From an uncultured virus (IMG/VR IMGVR_UViG_3300024272_000072) (lineage: Duplodnaviria > Heunggongvirae > Uroviricota > Caudoviricetes), in the IMG/VR virus record IMGVR_UViG_3300024272_000072: a DNA stretch of 20,000 bases; one strand, 5' to 3'. How positions within the stretch are numbered: the stretch's first letter is position 1; each line of letters starts with the position of its first letter. A model generated the notes under the pieces. The model worked only from the letters and a program-made list of their open reading frames with translations, searched no databases and was not told the origin of the DNA. Of the stretch, positions 18,938-20,000 are shown piece after piece. The position numbers and the translations under genes were made by a program.

Positions 18938-20000
18938 ATGGACAAACAAAAAGCAATAGAATTATTGAAAAACAGCAGTTTGTTGAGAAACAAATATTTT
19001 GAATTCAATTTCTTTGATTTTTGCAAGTTCTATTTTATGGAATATTACACATTCGAAACGCCAGAATGTCTTGTTGAAATTTATGACGCACTTGAAGAAT
19101 GAAAGAATGTGTTCATTGAGTGATTCAGATGAAGTGCAAAAACAACGATTGCACAGATGTTCGTTTCACGATGTATCGCATACAAGAAAAAAAGAAACAT
19201 TATGCGATACGCACAAACAATCGAGAATGCAGAAGAAAATCTGACTTATATTGCGAACAGTTTCATTTGAGACACCGACTGATGAGAAAGATTCATTCGT
19301 GATTATTGACATTTGTATTACCCAGAATTTATGAATCGCTGATGACAGAAGAAAATCAAACGTATTGATAAATTCATCACAGAAAATGACTGCTATGTCA
19401 GAGCGATGTCTTTGTGAACGTCGCCGAGATGAAAGAACTATACAGCACCAGATTGAAAATTTAGACCAGACTTGCTTGTGTTCGATGATGTTGATACAAT
19501 GACGAGCACAGATTCAAAAAAGAAAATTGACAAAAACTTTGAATTCTTATTGAATGAAGTTCTTTGATGAACAACGAACGCAACGCAGATGATATTTCTA
19601 TGAAATACAATCTATGAAGACTGACTTGTGCCGAGATTCAGAGAACACATCGCAAAAGACAAAAATCGAAGAACAATCAGAATTCCGATATATGATGAAA
19701 AAAATCAAATCGTTCGAAACAGATTCGTTGAAACAGACAAAGAAGCAGAAAAACTGAATGAATGAATCACAGATTCAAATAAAAAGTTCACGTCTCTTGA
19801 ATCTGAAAGACGCAGACTGTGAAGCATTTCATTCAATCAGAATTATTTGCTTGTTCCTTATGTGATTTGACAACACATCATCACACGTGATATGATTCAA
19901 TATGATGAAAATTGCAGAAACTATCAATTCGATTTCATTCAGATTTGAGTTGATCCAGCAGTGAGTGAAAAAGAGTGAAGCGATGAATATGCAATCAATA
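18938..20000 (+). CDS. terL: Terminase large subunit (partial, runs off the window)
   Basis: Walker A GFRGSAKTT, SLGTSPRG, Walker B RPDLLVFDDVD, FLGNTIYEDG, FNQNYLLVP, and nuclease motif IGVDPAVSEKEGSDEYAI. Confidence 0.92.

Noticed and set aside
501..19302. Most ORFs in the supplied code-11 track, especially the many minus-strand ones
   Set aside because: They are shadows or fragments of long + strand genes that open once TGA is read as Gly, and they carry no recognisable motifs.
1..20000. Widespread pseudogenisation suggested by frequent in-frame TGA
   Set aside because: TGA falls at conserved Gly positions, and I found no frameshifts or internal TAA/TAG in the genes I translated.
1..20000. 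Genetic code 4 (TGA=Trp)
   Set aside because: TGA aligns to Gly in Walker A, RT, integrase and MTase motifs, and occurs in GGG-type runs.

Overview
This window is a continuous stretch of a tailed-phage (Caudoviricetes-like) genome or prophage written in a non-standard genetic code, so the supplied code-11 ORF track is mostly artefactual. TGA reads as Gly, and CGA (probably CGG too) reads as Trp. That combination is described for Absconditabacterales (SR1, Patescibacteria), which suggests the host. Re-translated by hand, the window is densely coding, almost all on the + strand. Gene order: Gly-rich tail-like gene end; a complete diversity-generating retroelement (554-aa FN3 + C-type-lectin-fold target with VR 1730-1873, TR 2127-2270, RT 2431-3534, no recognisable avd); a GT9-like glycosyltransferase; a lysis module (holin, HNH, papain-like peptidase); a terminator; one reverse-strand membrane protein; a tyrosine recombinase; a highly structured ~270-nt non-coding leader; early genes (replication initiator with iterons, ERF-family annealase, anchored GH73-like hydrolase, many small ORFs); a terminator; then late genes (NinG/HNH, ParB-methyltransferase, TerS, TerL). 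The most novel-looking signal is the non-coding leader at ~8775-9045. It has mutually exclusive hairpins ending in a terminator, and it carries segments complementary to the 5' leaders of the late operon (38 of 43 aligned columns, 7.5 kb away) and of the recombinase gene. This is a candidate RNA-based phage switch. All translations, alignments and folds were done by eye; no database searches were run.
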